Sequence record: SRR2962707_2693
DNA length: 64,000 bases
Reading direction: 5' to 3' (one strand)
In this document: piece after piece, positions 9,770 through 19,122 of the stretch
How positions within the stretch are numbered: the stretch's first letter is position 1
Layout of the letters: each line of letters starts with the position of its first letter
Translations under genes and position numbers: made by a program
The notes under the pieces: generated by a model
The model's input: the letters and a program-made list of their open reading frames with translations, nothing else
What the model was told of the DNA's origin: nothing
Database searches by the model: none

Positions 9770-10723
9770 TCAATCGGTCAAGGGTTCACCGATGTCGTTG
9801 GCCTCACGGAGTTCCCGCTCCGCCAGCTCATCGGCCAGCAATCTTGCCACTGCATCGGCCGCTACTGGCAGAGAACGGCCGGTACGGGCATAGATACCGA
9901 GGTCACTGAAAACCGGGCCATTGTCATTGAGAGGAATATGTCGAAGCGTGCCGGCGGCCAATTCCGCTTCCAGCCCGATACGGGTCTGGAAGGTGACACC
10001 GACACCGCGTCGCGCCAGCTCCTTGCCCAGTTCCACCGAGTTGGACTGCACCACGCCCTTGTCGCCGACGCCGGCGCGCTCGATGGCCGGCTTGAGCAGG
10101 TGGTATACCGATAGATCGGTCTTGGCCAGGATCAAAGGGTACTCGGCACAGGTGGCGAAGCTGACTTCGTGGCGTTTTGCCAGGGGATGCTCAGCCGGCA
10201 CCAGGGCTCCGAGCCGGAACCGGCCTACCATGATCTGTCGCAGGCCGGTGCTGCGTTGCAGGGCGAAGGCCATGCCCAGGTCGGCGGCGCCGCTGGTTAC
10301 GGCTTCGGGAATGTCGCGGGAGCCGAGGGTGACCACGCCCAGGGTCACCTTCGGGAAGTGCTCCCGGGCGCGTTCAATGATGGTGGGCATGAAGTCCGAG
10401 GTGACCCCTTCCACGGTGGCGATTTCCACGTGACCGGTGCGCAGCCCTTTGAGCGCGTCCAGCTCCGAGCGTGCCCGTTCCGCGTCCTGCAATACCACCA
10501 GGGCATGGCGGGCGAAGATCTCACCGGCGGTGGTCAGCCTGAGTCCACCGGGCAGGCGTTCGAACAGTGGCGTGCCAACTTCGTCCTCGAGTTTCAGGAT
10601 CTGCCGGTTGACCGCGGAGGACGCCACGAACAGGCGCCGTGCCGCTTCCCGTATGGAGCCGGCGCGGCGTACCGCGTCGAAGTACACCACCGCCGGAGAA
10701 TGAACGCGCAACCGTGTGCTCAT
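9770..10723 (-). CDS. LysR family transcriptional regulator
   Basis: GSIREAARRLFVASSAVNRQILKLEDEVGTPLFER HTH. Confidence 0.95.
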   Translation of the reverse strand: MSTRLRVHSPAVVYFDAVRRAGSIREAARRLFVASSAVNRQILKLEDEVGTPLFERLPGGLRLTTAGEIFARHALVVLQDAERARSELDALKGLRTGHVEIATVEGVTSDFMPTIIERAREHFPKVTLGVVTLGSRDIPEAVTSGAADLGMAFALQRSTGLRQIMVGRFRLGALVPAEHPLAKRHEVSFATCAEYPLILAKTDLSVYHLLKPAIERAGVGDKGVVQSNSVELGKELARRGVGVTFQTRIGLEAELAAGTLRHIPLNDNGPVFSDLGIYARTGRSLPVAADAVARLLADELAERELREANDIGEPLTD

Positions 10724-10734
10724 CGGGAGCCTCT

Positions 10735-10766
10735 CTAACCGTCGATCAATCTAGCCGTCGATCAAT
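10735..10766 (-). repeat. 16-nt tandem duplication spanning a stop codon
   Basis: ATTGATCGACGGCTAG ATTGATCGACGGTTAG on the minus strand (one mismatch). Confidence 0.8.
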
Positions 10767-12115
10767 GTTCGCGACAATTGATTGTGCCGTTCCACCAGGC
10801 GTGGCAGTTCCACGGTGGTGAGCTGCCCGTCACGCACCACCGTCTTGCCATTAACAATACTCAGGGAGACTCGCCGGGGCGCGCAGAACAACAGGGCCGC
10901 CAGCGGATCGGACAAGCCGCCGGCGAAGGCGATGTCGTCCAGTTTCCAGGCCACCAGATCGGCGCAGTAGCCAGCCTGGATACGCCCCAGATGATTACCG
11001 CGCCCCAGTACTTCGGCGCCGCCGCGGGTAGCCAGTCGCAGTGCTTCGCGGGCCGACAGGGCGGTGGGGTCTTCGTCTCGGACCCGCGCCACCAGCATGG
11101 CCTGGCGGGCCTCTCCCAGCAGATCATTGCCGTCGTTGGAAGCGGAGCCGTCCACGCCCAGGCCGACACGGACACCGTTGTCCAGCATGCGGCGGATCGG
11201 GGCATGGCCCGATGCCAGGCGCATATTGGAACAGGGGCAGTGGGCGACGCCGGTGCCGGTGCGGCCGAATAACTGAATACCGTGCTCGTCCAGGTGCACA
11301 CAGTGAGCGTGCCAGACGTCGTCACCGACCCAGTCCATTTCCTCGGCGAATTGCGCCGGTGTCATGCCGTAGCGCTGCTGGCTGAAGGCCAGATCCTTGC
11401 CGTTTTCGGCGGTATGGGTATGCAGTCGCACGCCGAGATCGCGCGCCAGAACCGCGCTCTGGCGCATCAGATCCGGTGTTACCGTGAACGGCGACGATGG
11501 TCCCAGCGCTACCTGCAGCATGGCGTCGCTACTGGCGTCGTGGTGCGCTTCCACCACTCGCTGCATTTCCTTGAGCACCGCGTCCTCATTCTTCTCCACC
11601 ACCAGATCCGGCGGCAGCCCGCCCTGACTTTTGCCCAGCGTGATGGCGCCACGGACACCGTGATAGCGCAGGCCCATGATCGAAGCCGCCTCGATGTTGT
11701 CCTCCAGGCGGCCGCCGTTGACATAGAAGTAAGCGTGGTCGGCGGCGGTGGTGCACCCGGAAAGCATTAACTCCGCCATGGCGGTTTGCGCCGATACCGT
11801 CATCATTTCCGGGGTGATATTGGCCCAGACTGGAAACAGGGCGTCGAGCCAGTCGAACAGCTCGGCGTCTTGCGCCGCCGGTAAGGCCCGAGTCAGGCTC
11901 TGGAACATATGGTGATGGGTGTTGACCAGACCCGGTATCAGCACATGGCCACTGAGGTCGATGGTTTCGTCCGCCTCCCGGAACAGGGTGTCGCTCGGGC
12001 CCACCGCGCGAATGCGGTTGCCTTCGATCAGAACGGCGCCGTCACGGATCTCGGTGCCGTGATCGTCCATGGTCGCCACTACAGTGGCGTTTTTCAGTAG
12101 CAAAGTGCGGCTCAT
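10751..12115 (-). CDS. Amidohydrolase, 8-oxoguanine deaminase-like
   Basis: PGLVNTHHHMFQ, HTHTAE, WHAH, GLGVDGSASND motifs. Confidence 0.85.
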   Translation of the reverse strand: MSRTLLLKNATVVATMDDHGTEIRDGAVLIEGNRIRAVGPSDTLFREADETIDLSGHVLIPGLVNTHHHMFQSLTRALPAAQDAELFDWLDALFPVWANITPEMMTVSAQTAMAELMLSGCTTAADHAYFYVNGGRLEDNIEAASIMGLRYHGVRGAITLGKSQGGLPPDLVVEKNEDAVLKEMQRVVEAHHDASSDAMLQVALGPSSPFTVTPDLMRQSAVLARDLGVRLHTHTAENGKDLAFSQQRYGMTPAQFAEEMDWVGDDVWHAHCVHLDEHGIQLFGRTGTGVAHCPCSNMRLASGHAPIRRMLDNGVRVGLGVDGSASNDGNDLLGEARQAMLVARVRDEDPTALSAREALRLATRGGAEVLGRGNHLGRIQAGYCADLVAWKLDDIAFAGGLSDPLAALLFCAPRRVSLSIVNGKTVVRDGQLTTVELPRLVERHNQLSRTLIDG

Positions 12116-12269
12116 CACCCGGGCTCCCTTTTCTAAAAAGCAAAAACGCGAATCAGCGCGACCCGAGGACCGCGCGGAAGAACGTACACTGACCTGTATA
12201 CCGCCACCGGTGGCGCACACTCAAACCCGGCCGAGAGGGCCGTCGCCAGGACCAGCGGTCCGTTTTACC

Positions 12270-13019
12270 TCAGGTGTAACGCAAGATGCTTGCCAGATCG
12301 ATGTCTCCGGAGGGCTCATCCAGATCCAACAGGCCTTCAAGGGTGTCCAGGTGTTCCCGCGCCAGTTGCGCGGCCTGGTCCGCCTCGCCCTTGATAATCA
12401 GGTCGGCCAGGCGACCGTGATCATTACCAAGAAAGCAGGCGGTGATGCCCGGGGCTTTGTATAGCGCGATGACAATGGAGGTGCGCAATACCAGTTCCAG
12501 CATCATCTTGCCGAGCACCTGATTGGGGCACTGGCGAGCCAGATACTGGTGAATTGCCATGGAGCAGTGCACGCGGTGTTGGTCCTGGCCGCGCTCGTGG
12601 GCGCTCTTTTCTTCCTTGATCAGTTTGCGCAGGGCTTGTGCCTCGGATTTGCCCAGGGTGCCGGCCACCAGGCGGGTGACCTCCCCTTCCACCAGGCGGC
12701 GGGCGGCGAAAATCTGCCGGGTTTCCTCGATGCCGGGTCTGGCCACCACCGCCATTTGATTGGGGCTTTGCTCGGTGACGTGATCGGATGCCAGCCGGGT
12801 CAGTGCCTTGCGCACGATGGACCGGCTCACTCCGAACAGTTCGCTTAACGCCACTTCCGGCAGTTTCGAGCCGGGAGGCAGCCGCTGGGTGAGCACCGCC
12901 TGATAGATGGAATCGTAGATGGTCTGGTCGGTGGCTTTGCGCGAGCCCCGGCCACCATTGGTGTGCATGGCGCCTAGCGACGCGGCGGCCTGTTTGTCCG
13001 TACGGGGATCGACAGCCAT
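12270..13019 (-). CDS. GntR/FadR family regulator (FCD domain)
   Basis: LPPGSKLPEVALSELFGVSRSIVRKAL wHTH followed by FCD-like region. Confidence 0.92.
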   Translation of the reverse strand: MAVDPRTDKQAAASLGAMHTNGGRGSRKATDQTIYDSIYQAVLTQRLPPGSKLPEVALSELFGVSRSIVRKALTRLASDHVTEQSPNQMAVVARPGIEETRQIFAARRLVEGEVTRLVAGTLGKSEAQALRKLIKEEKSAHERGQDQHRVHCSMAIHQYLARQCPNQVLGKMMLELVLRTSIVIALYKAPGITACFLGNDHGRLADLIIKGEADQAAQLAREHLDTLEGLLDLDEPSGDIDLASILRYT

Positions 13020-13055
13020 GGGTACCGTTGTTCCTTCTTTTTTGGACTAGCGGAA

Positions 13056-13063
13056 TGTATACA
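13056..13063. promoter_or_regulatory. TGTATACA palindrome (candidate GntR operator, autoregulatory position)
   Basis: Perfect palindrome 37 nt upstream of the GntR start; motif recurs in intergenic regions of the cluster. Confidence 0.6.
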
Positions 13064-13068
13064 GACCT

Positions 13069-13569
13069 TTATACGGGTGCAACCGGAAGGCGGATACCCT
13101 CCAGAAGATGTTCCTCGCAGTTGTGGCCCGGCCCTTCCCGGTCCACTACCAGGAAGTCGCCGCCAGGCGAAAGGGCCAGCAGGGGATGATGCCAGGTGCC
13201 CGCGTGATAATTGACGCCGGTGCCATCGGTGATCAAAAAAGCGTGCAGGTCCGCCACCGCCGGCGGTGGTCCGGGAGGGGCGACCACCACGATGTAAGGC
13301 TGACCGGCCAGCGGCACGAACGCCTGGCTGCCGAGGGGGTGGCGTTCCATCAGCACCAGAGTGTGCGGTAGTGAGATCGGTCGCGGCCGGAACAGACTGA
13401 GAATGGCGCCGCCGTCGGTGCCGGTTTCCACTTTGGCCAGCCGATGGTAACGCCGGCATTGGCCATCGTTGATCAGGAAGTAGTCCCGCTCATGGCTGTG
13501 GATGAGGTCGCCGAAGGGGGTGAACGCCTCCGCCGTCAACGGCTCCAGTGTCAGCTCTTGAGTGGTCAT
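13069..13569 (-). CDS. allA: Ureidoglycolate lyase
   Basis: PLTAEAFTPFGD, MERHPLGSQAF, GVNYHAGTWHHP motifs; purine cluster context. Confidence 0.93.
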   Translation of the reverse strand: MTTQELTLEPLTAEAFTPFGDLIHSHERDYFLINDGQCRRYHRLAKVETGTDGGAILSLFRPRPISLPHTLVLMERHPLGSQAFVPLAGQPYIVVVAPPGPPPAVADLHAFLITDGTGVNYHAGTWHHPLLALSPGGDFLVVDREGPGHNCEEHLLEGIRLPVAPV

Positions 13570-14576
13570 TGTATCTGACCGAACACGCGAAAGCGGCTGA
13601 TGCCGCCGTCCGGGTGCATATTAAGACGAACATGCGTCACCGCATCCAGGGTCTCCAACTGGTCCTGGAAGTGGTGCATGGCATCCGGGCCCAGTGGTTG
13701 CGGTGTCAGCAGCGTCGGCCAGAACATACTGGAAGCGCGTAGCAGGGCGGTGTCCGCGTGGTCTTCCAGATTGGCCGCTTGCACTGATACCTGAGCCGGA
13801 AAGTTGCCTTTGAAAAAGGCGGTGTCCACTTCCAGTCCGGTGACACGGCCACGGTGGCCCAGACCGATCACGCACCAGTCGAAACCCGGTTCGCGGCGCC
13901 GCCGGGTTTCCCAGCCGTCCCCCATGTTAAGGCCCCGGCCGGGATAGAGCAGGGAGTGCGGCCAGCCGTAGTGGGCGTCGCTCAGAGCCAGGACCTGGCC
14001 GCCAAGCCGGGCCGCCGACAGTTCCACTTCCTGGTCCGCGTCAACGCCGGCCCAGTCCACTCTTGGGCGGCCCAGCACACGAAAGCGCGCGACGCCGCCG
14101 TCGGGATGGAGGTTCAGACGAACGTGGGTGGCATGGCCTGGGGTCGGCAAGGTGAAGCGGTGCAGATGGTCGCCTTGCAGAGCGGTCATGGTCAGCAGGG
14201 GCTGCCAGCGAGCGGAAGCCGGATCCTCGCCATCGCCGAGGACGCAGGCGTCCACGGAGGCGGCCATGGGGTAGTTGCCGGTGAAGTGAGCGGTATCGAT
14301 TTCCAGTTGGTGGACGTCACCGGGGGCGCCCAGGCGCACGATTGCACTGTCGTGTCCGGGGCCGCGGCGGCGGCGGGTTTCCCAGCCATCCATCCACTTG
14401 CCGTGATCATCGAACTTGTCGGCGATGAATCGAGGGGGCGTCTCCGCCAGCATGCGTTCGGCGCTGGCGAAGAACTGGTCGGTAACCGATACGATCTCGG
14501 TGCCCAGCCGGGCGGCGGCGAGATTCGGGTAGGCGATGATGGTGTCCGTCATTGAGAGCTCCATGGTTCCGGTCAT
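13566..14576 (-). CDS. alc: Allantoicase
   Basis: Two repeats of DGWETRRRR, DTAxFxGNxP and HPDGGxxRFRV. Confidence 0.95.
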   Translation of the reverse strand: MTGTMELSMTDTIIAYPNLAAARLGTEIVSVTDQFFASAERMLAETPPRFIADKFDDHGKWMDGWETRRRRGPGHDSAIVRLGAPGDVHQLEIDTAHFTGNYPMAASVDACVLGDGEDPASARWQPLLTMTALQGDHLHRFTLPTPGHATHVRLNLHPDGGVARFRVLGRPRVDWAGVDADQEVELSAARLGGQVLALSDAHYGWPHSLLYPGRGLNMGDGWETRRRREPGFDWCVIGLGHRGRVTGLEVDTAFFKGNFPAQVSVQAANLEDHADTALLRASSMFWPTLLTPQPLGPDAMHHFQDQLETLDAVTHVRLNMHPDGGISRFRVFGQIQ

Positions 14577-14583
14577 GGCCGGG

Positions 14584-15798
14584 TTATTCCGTCGGACGGT
14601 TTTCCGAATTGTGTTCCGCGCCTTGTTGCAACCAGCGGGCCAGCAAAGCGCGTTCGTCGTCGGTGATGCGGGTGATGTTGCCTGGCGGCATCACCGAAGT
14701 GGTCACGGCCAACTGGCCGATCTGGGTTTTGTGGGCGCGGATTTGCGCCGGTGTATCCAGCCGCACGCCCTTGGGCGGTGTGGCGAAGCCGGCGAAATCC
14801 GGGCGCGCCGCATGACAGCCGGCACAGCGTTCCTGCACGATGCTTTGCACCTGGGAGAAGGGCACCGGTGGCAGGTTCGCATCCACCGGTGCTGGTCCGG
14901 ATGGTTTGGTCAGTACGATCAACACGACCAGCCCGGCCGCGCCGACCAACGGTAATGCGATCTTGGCGGGCCGGGGCAGATGGCGGATGTTGAAGTAGTG
15001 ACGGATTACCATGCTGGCCGCCATCAGGGTGGCCAGAATCAACCAGTTCCAGTGGCTGCCGTAGGTACCGGGGAAATGGTTGCTGATCATGATGAACAGC
15101 ACCGGCAGAGTCAGATAATTGTTGTGCCGGGAGCGTTGCGCTCCGGCCAGGCCCCTGGCGGCATCCGGTTCGCGACCGGCGGTCATGGCGTCCACCATGG
15201 CGCGCTGGCCGGGAATGATCACGAAAAAGACGTTGGCGACCATGCAGGTGCCAATGGCGGCGCCGACATGAATATAGGCGCCACGGCCGCTGAAAATCTG
15301 GCTCAGTCCCCAGGCCAGAGCCACCAGCAAGATAAAGCCCACTGCCGCCAGCAGCGCAGGACGCCGGCCCAGTGGTGAGCGGCACAGTCCGTCGTACACC
15401 AGCCAGGAGAGAATCAGCACGCCAATGCCGATCAGGCTGGCGGTAAGCGGGGATAACTCCGCCACCGAGGGATCGATCAGATTGGTTCCGGCATTCAGGT
15501 AATACACCACGAACAACAGCAGGAAGCCGCTCATCCAGGTGTAATAGGCTTCCCATTTGAACCAGTGCAGACGTTCGGGCAGTTGTTCCGGCGCCACCTG
15601 ATACTTCTGCAGGTAGTAAAAGCCGCCACCGTGGATGGCCCAGAGAGTACCAGCGACGCCCGGTGGCTTTTGGCCCTCTCGCTGCAGATGGTTCTCCAGC
15701 CAATTGAAATAGAAAGAAGCCCCTATCCAGGCTATGCCGACAGTGATGTGCAGCCAGCGGATCAGCAGGTTGGCCCATTCGTACCAATGCGCTTCCAT
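14584..15798 (-). CDS. puuD: Membrane urate hydroxylase with C-terminal cytochrome c
   Basis: RWLHITVGIAWIGASFYF, HGGGFY, WFKWEAY, RSRHNNY and CAGCH heme motif. Confidence 0.93.
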   Translation of the reverse strand: MEAHWYEWANLLIRWLHITVGIAWIGASFYFNWLENHLQREGQKPPGVAGTLWAIHGGGFYYLQKYQVAPEQLPERLHWFKWEAYYTWMSGFLLLFVVYYLNAGTNLIDPSVAELSPLTASLIGIGVLILSWLVYDGLCRSPLGRRPALLAAVGFILLVALAWGLSQIFSGRGAYIHVGAAIGTCMVANVFFVIIPGQRAMVDAMTAGREPDAARGLAGAQRSRHNNYLTLPVLFIMISNHFPGTYGSHWNWLILATLMAASMVIRHYFNIRHLPRPAKIALPLVGAAGLVVLIVLTKPSGPAPVDANLPPVPFSQVQSIVQERCAGCHAARPDFAGFATPPKGVRLDTPAQIRAHKTQIGQLAVTTSVMPPGNITRITDDERALLARWLQQGAEHNSENRPTE

Positions 15799-15811
15799 TG
15801 TCTCTCCCCCG

Positions 15812-16165
15812 TCAACTGCCGCGGTAGGTGCTGTAACCGTAGGGAGAGACCAGCAGTGGAACGTGGTAATGCTGGTCGGGGGTGCTGATGCCGAAGCGGA
15901 TCACCACGTCATCCAGAAATGAGGGGGTCGGCAAGGATATCCCCCGGGCAAGAAAGTAGTCCCCCACCGCGAAGTTTAGTTGGTATACCCCGCTTGCCAT
16001 CGTGACGCCTTCAAGCAACGGCGTGTCGCAACGTCCATCGGCATTGGTTTTGCATTCGGTCAACAGACGGGCCTGGCTTCCCTCGATTCGCCACAGCTGG
16101 AGAGAGAGATCGGCGGCGGGGCGGCCACTGCTGGTGTCCAGAACGTGGGTGGTCAATCGGCCCAT
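15812..16165 (-). CDS. uraH: 5-hydroxyisourate hydrolase
   Basis: LTTHVLD start, [19 protein letters not shown] end. Confidence 0.96.
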   Translation of the reverse strand: MGRLTTHVLDTSSGRPAADLSLQLWRIEGSQARLLTECKTNADGRCDTPLLEGVTMASGVYQLNFAVGDYFLARGISLPTPSFLDDVVIRFGISTPDQHYHVPLLVSPYGYSTYRGS

Positions 16166-16210
16166 GTTCGCTCCTGTGTTCGTTTTAATGTCGACAATTA
16201 TTAATTCTAA

Positions 16211-16235
16211 ATGTATACATGCATGATTAATGCCA
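16211..16235 (-). promoter_or_regulatory. Sigma54 promoter abutted by TGTATACA operator (uraH operon)
   Basis: Minus strand TGGCAT-TAATC-ATGCA followed immediately by TGTATACA; related TGTCGACA at 16189-16196. Confidence 0.65.
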
Positions 16236-16249
16236 GAGTGGAGGCAAGC

Positions 16250-17155
16250 ATGAGTAACCCGTCTTATCCCCGTGACCTGATCGGTTACGGGGCCAGTCCG
16301 CCCAATCCACGCTGGCCCGGTGAAGCCCGTGTGGCGGTGCAGTTCGTGCTTAATTACGAAGAAGGAGGGGAGAATTGCGTCCTGCACGGTGATCCGGCTT
16401 CGGAGTCCTTCTTATCTGAAATGGTTGGGGCCGACGCGCGCGAAGGCGTACGTCACATGAGCATGGAATCGCTCTATGAGTACGGCAGCCGGGTCGGGGT
16501 GTGGCGCCTGTTGAAGCTGTTTCAACGCTATCGGATTCCGCTCACCGTGTTTGCCGTGGGCATGGCGGCGGAGCGGCATCCGGAAGTCATTCGCACCATG
16601 GTGGAGCAGGGCCACGAAATCTGCAGTCACGGCTATCGCTGGATTGACTATCAATATGTGCCGGAGTCGCTGGAGGCGGAACATATCGGTCGCGCGGTGG
16701 AGGCGCTGACACGCGCCGCCGGCACGCCGCCGCTGGGCTGGTACACCGGCCGCACCAGTCCGAATACCCGGCGGCTGGTGGTGGAGCACGGCGGCTTTCT
16801 CTATGACGCCGACGACTACAGTGATGAGCTGCCGTTCTGGACGACCGTGTCCGGGCGCAAACATTTGGTGGTGCCCTACACGCTGGATGCCAACGACATG
16901 CGTTTCGCCAGCCCTGGTGGTTTCAACAGCGGCGATCAGTTTTTCACATACCTGCGTGATGCTTTCGACACACTGTATCAAGAGGGGGCGGAGCAGCCGC
17001 GCATGTTGTCGGTGGGTTTGCATTGCCGGCTGGCGGGGCGTCCAGGTCGGGCCGCGGCACTGGAACGCTTCCTCAAATACCTGTGCGCTCATAACCGGGT
17101 GTGGTTCGCCCGGCGTATCGATATTGCCCGACACTGGATGGAGCACCATGGCTGA
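16250..17155 (+). CDS. puuE: Allantoinase PuuE (polysaccharide deacetylase fold)
   Basis: [39 protein letters not shown] motifs. Confidence 0.96.
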   Translation: MSNPSYPRDLIGYGASPPNPRWPGEARVAVQFVLNYEEGGENCVLHGDPASESFLSEMVGADAREGVRHMSMESLYEYGSRVGVWRLLKLFQRYRIPLTVFAVGMAAERHPEVIRTMVEQGHEICSHGYRWIDYQYVPESLEAEHIGRAVEALTRAAGTPPLGWYTGRTSPNTRRLVVEHGGFLYDADDYSDELPFWTTVSGRKHLVVPYTLDANDMRFASPGGFNSGDQFFTYLRDAFDTLYQEGAEQPRMLSVGLHCRLAGRPGRAAALERFLKYLCAHNRVWFARRIDIARHWMEHHG

Positions 17156-17678
17156 AACCGTCGTCCGTCTGACCCCACGCCCGAGCCGGCTCAGCGAGGC
17201 TGATTTCGTCGAACGGTTCGGCGATGTTTATGAACATTCTCCATGGATTGCCAGAGAGGCTTACCAGTTGGGGCTCGGTGAGCCGCAGGACACCCCGCAA
17301 GGATTGGCGGAGGTGATGGCGCGGGTATTTCGCGCGGCGGATCCGGAGCGCCAGCTGGGCGTATTACGAGCGCATCCGGATCTGGCCGGCAAAGCCGCGC
17401 TGGCCGGTGAACTGACCCGGGACTCCAGCGCGGAGCAGGCATCCGCCGGCCTTGACCAATGCACCCCGGAAGAATTTTCCCGGTTTCAAACGCTTAATGA
17501 TGCCTATCAAAAGCGTTTCGGTTTCCCTTTCATCATCGCGGTAAAAGGGTTGCACCGTGGGGACATTCTGAAGGCCTTTGCCGACCGTTTGGAGCATGAC
17601 CTGGAACAGGAGCGCAGGGCCGCGGTGGAGCAGGTGAATCGTATTGCGTTACTGCGTTTATGTGACCGGGTCGGGTGA
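17148..17678 (+). CDS. uraD: OHCU decarboxylase
   Basis: YEHSPWIA, AHPDLAG, SSAEQASAGL, FGFPFIIAV, IALLRL motifs. Confidence 0.94.
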   Translation: MAETVVRLTPRPSRLSEADFVERFGDVYEHSPWIAREAYQLGLGEPQDTPQGLAEVMARVFRAADPERQLGVLRAHPDLAGKAALAGELTRDSSAEQASAGLDQCTPEEFSRFQTLNDAYQKRFGFPFIIAVKGLHRGDILKAFADRLEHDLEQERRAAVEQVNRIALLRLCDRVG

Positions 17679-18899
17679 GACCGGAGTGCCGCCGAGCCAG
17701 GTCTGTAATGGGCGCCGTTCCAGATCGGCGGCATCGCCGCGCAGTAATTCCTCGAACCAGTCCTCGATACCGGCTTTGCCCGCCGGGCGTGGCAGTAGAA
17801 CGAAGTCCGCCCTTTTTCCCGCGGCCAGACTGCCGGCTTCGCCGCCACGCCCCAGGCAATCCGCGCCGGCCTGGGTGGCTCGGTAGAGCGCTTCTTCCGG
17901 TGTTACCGGGACGCCGGCGGCACGATGCTGGTCCACAAAGCGCTGCATGACGTGCAGCATGCTGTGGCTAGGCCCTGCTCCCACATCCGAAGCCAGAGCA
18001 AACCTCAGCCGGTGCCGCCGTACCGCTTCCAGATCCATCCGGCCGCTATCCAGGGCCTCGTTGCTTGAAGGGCAATGCGCGATCCAGCTGCGCCGTTGGG
18101 CAAGGGTGTGGTACTCGCGCTGCGAAAGGTGAATGCAATGGCCGAGCACCGTGCGTGGGGTCAACAGCCCGGCCTGATCATAAACGTCGGTGTAGTCCCG
18201 CGCTTCGGGGAAGGCTTCCCGGACTTCACGGATTTCCCGCGGGGACTCGGACAAATGCGTCTGCACGAAGGCGCCGGTGCGTCGCGCCAGTTCTCCCAGC
18301 TCCCCCATCAGCCGGGCACTGCAATTGAGAGCGAAGCGCGGAGTAATGGCGTAGTGCGCGGTGCCCAGTTCCTCCAATAACGGCGCCACGGCTTCGGCGT
18401 TGTCCGGGCTGGCCCTGCGCAGCGGCTCCGGGGCGGATTTTTCCATGATGGCGTTGCCCAGGATCCAATCGCCTCTGGCGTGCTCGGCGGCGATGCGCAG
18501 GGCGCCGTCGTGCGGGCTGGAATAGGCCATGCCCAGGGTGGTGCCGGCGCGGATCGTGTCGCTGAAGAAAGCACGGGCATGGTCATGGGCCAGCCCGGCG
18601 TGCTCGAAGCCGGCTTCTTCCGGCCAGATGTGTTCGCGTAACCATTCCATCAGATCGGTCTGGAAGCGCCCGCGAACATGATGTTGCACCCAATGAATAT
18701 GAACATCCGCGAAACCGGGCACTAGCAGGCCGTCCAGCTCCAGAGTGTTGCGGTCCCGGCCGTCGGCGAACTGTTCTATCCGGTCCACGTCGACGATGCG
18801 CCCAGCCTCGATCAAAAGGCCCCCGTCGCTGATGTATCGCCAGCGGTCAGCGTCCAGTGGTGTCAGCAGGCTGGCTCGGATCAGCAAAGTCTTGGGCAT
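17658..18899 (-). CDS. guaD: Guanine deaminase (amidohydrolase type)
   Basis: PGFADVHIHWVQ, ITPRFA, QTHLSE, HCPSSN, SDVGAG motifs. Confidence 0.85.
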   Translation of the reverse strand: MPKTLLIRASLLTPLDADRWRYISDGGLLIEAGRIVDVDRIEQFADGRDRNTLELDGLLVPGFADVHIHWVQHHVRGRFQTDLMEWLREHIWPEEAGFEHAGLAHDHARAFFSDTIRAGTTLGMAYSSPHDGALRIAAEHARGDWILGNAIMEKSAPEPLRRASPDNAEAVAPLLEELGTAHYAITPRFALNCSARLMGELGELARRTGAFVQTHLSESPREIREVREAFPEARDYTDVYDQAGLLTPRTVLGHCIHLSQREYHTLAQRRSWIAHCPSSNEALDSGRMDLEAVRRHRLRFALASDVGAGPSHSMLHVMQRFVDQHRAAGVPVTPEEALYRATQAGADCLGRGGEAGSLAAGKRADFVLLPRPAGKAGIEDWFEELLRGDAADLERRPLQTWLGGTPVSPDPVT

Positions 18900-18914
18900 G
18901 GTCGGAAATCCCTA

Positions 18915-18924
18915 ATGTATACAT
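18915..18924. promoter_or_regulatory. ATGTATACAT palindrome upstream of guaD
   Basis: Perfect 10-bp palindrome next to the RBS. Confidence 0.6.
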
Positions 18925-19077
18925 CAGGAGAGAACCATATCGCTTGATGCGAAGCGAGGGAAGCGGTTCCTTGAAGTGGACGAAAAGACTTAAAACAGTG
19001 ATCAAAAAAGGGGCGAGCGCACAAATATAACGCATGAATTCGGCAAGGCTGTATCAGTATTAGGGGTGTTATCACCA

Positions 19078-19101
19078 TGGCATGGGAGTTGCCTGTATAC
19101 A
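19078..19101 (+). promoter_or_regulatory. Sigma54 promoter abutted by TGTATACA operator
   Basis: TGGCAT-GGGAG-TTGCC followed immediately by TGTATACA. Confidence 0.7.
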
Positions 19102-19122
19102 TTTTTTATTGAGGAATGTGCC

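Noticed and set aside
14573-15787. 404-aa alternative-frame ORF over puuD
   Set aside because: Arg/Pro/Gly-rich off-frame artefact; the puuD frame carries all family motifs.
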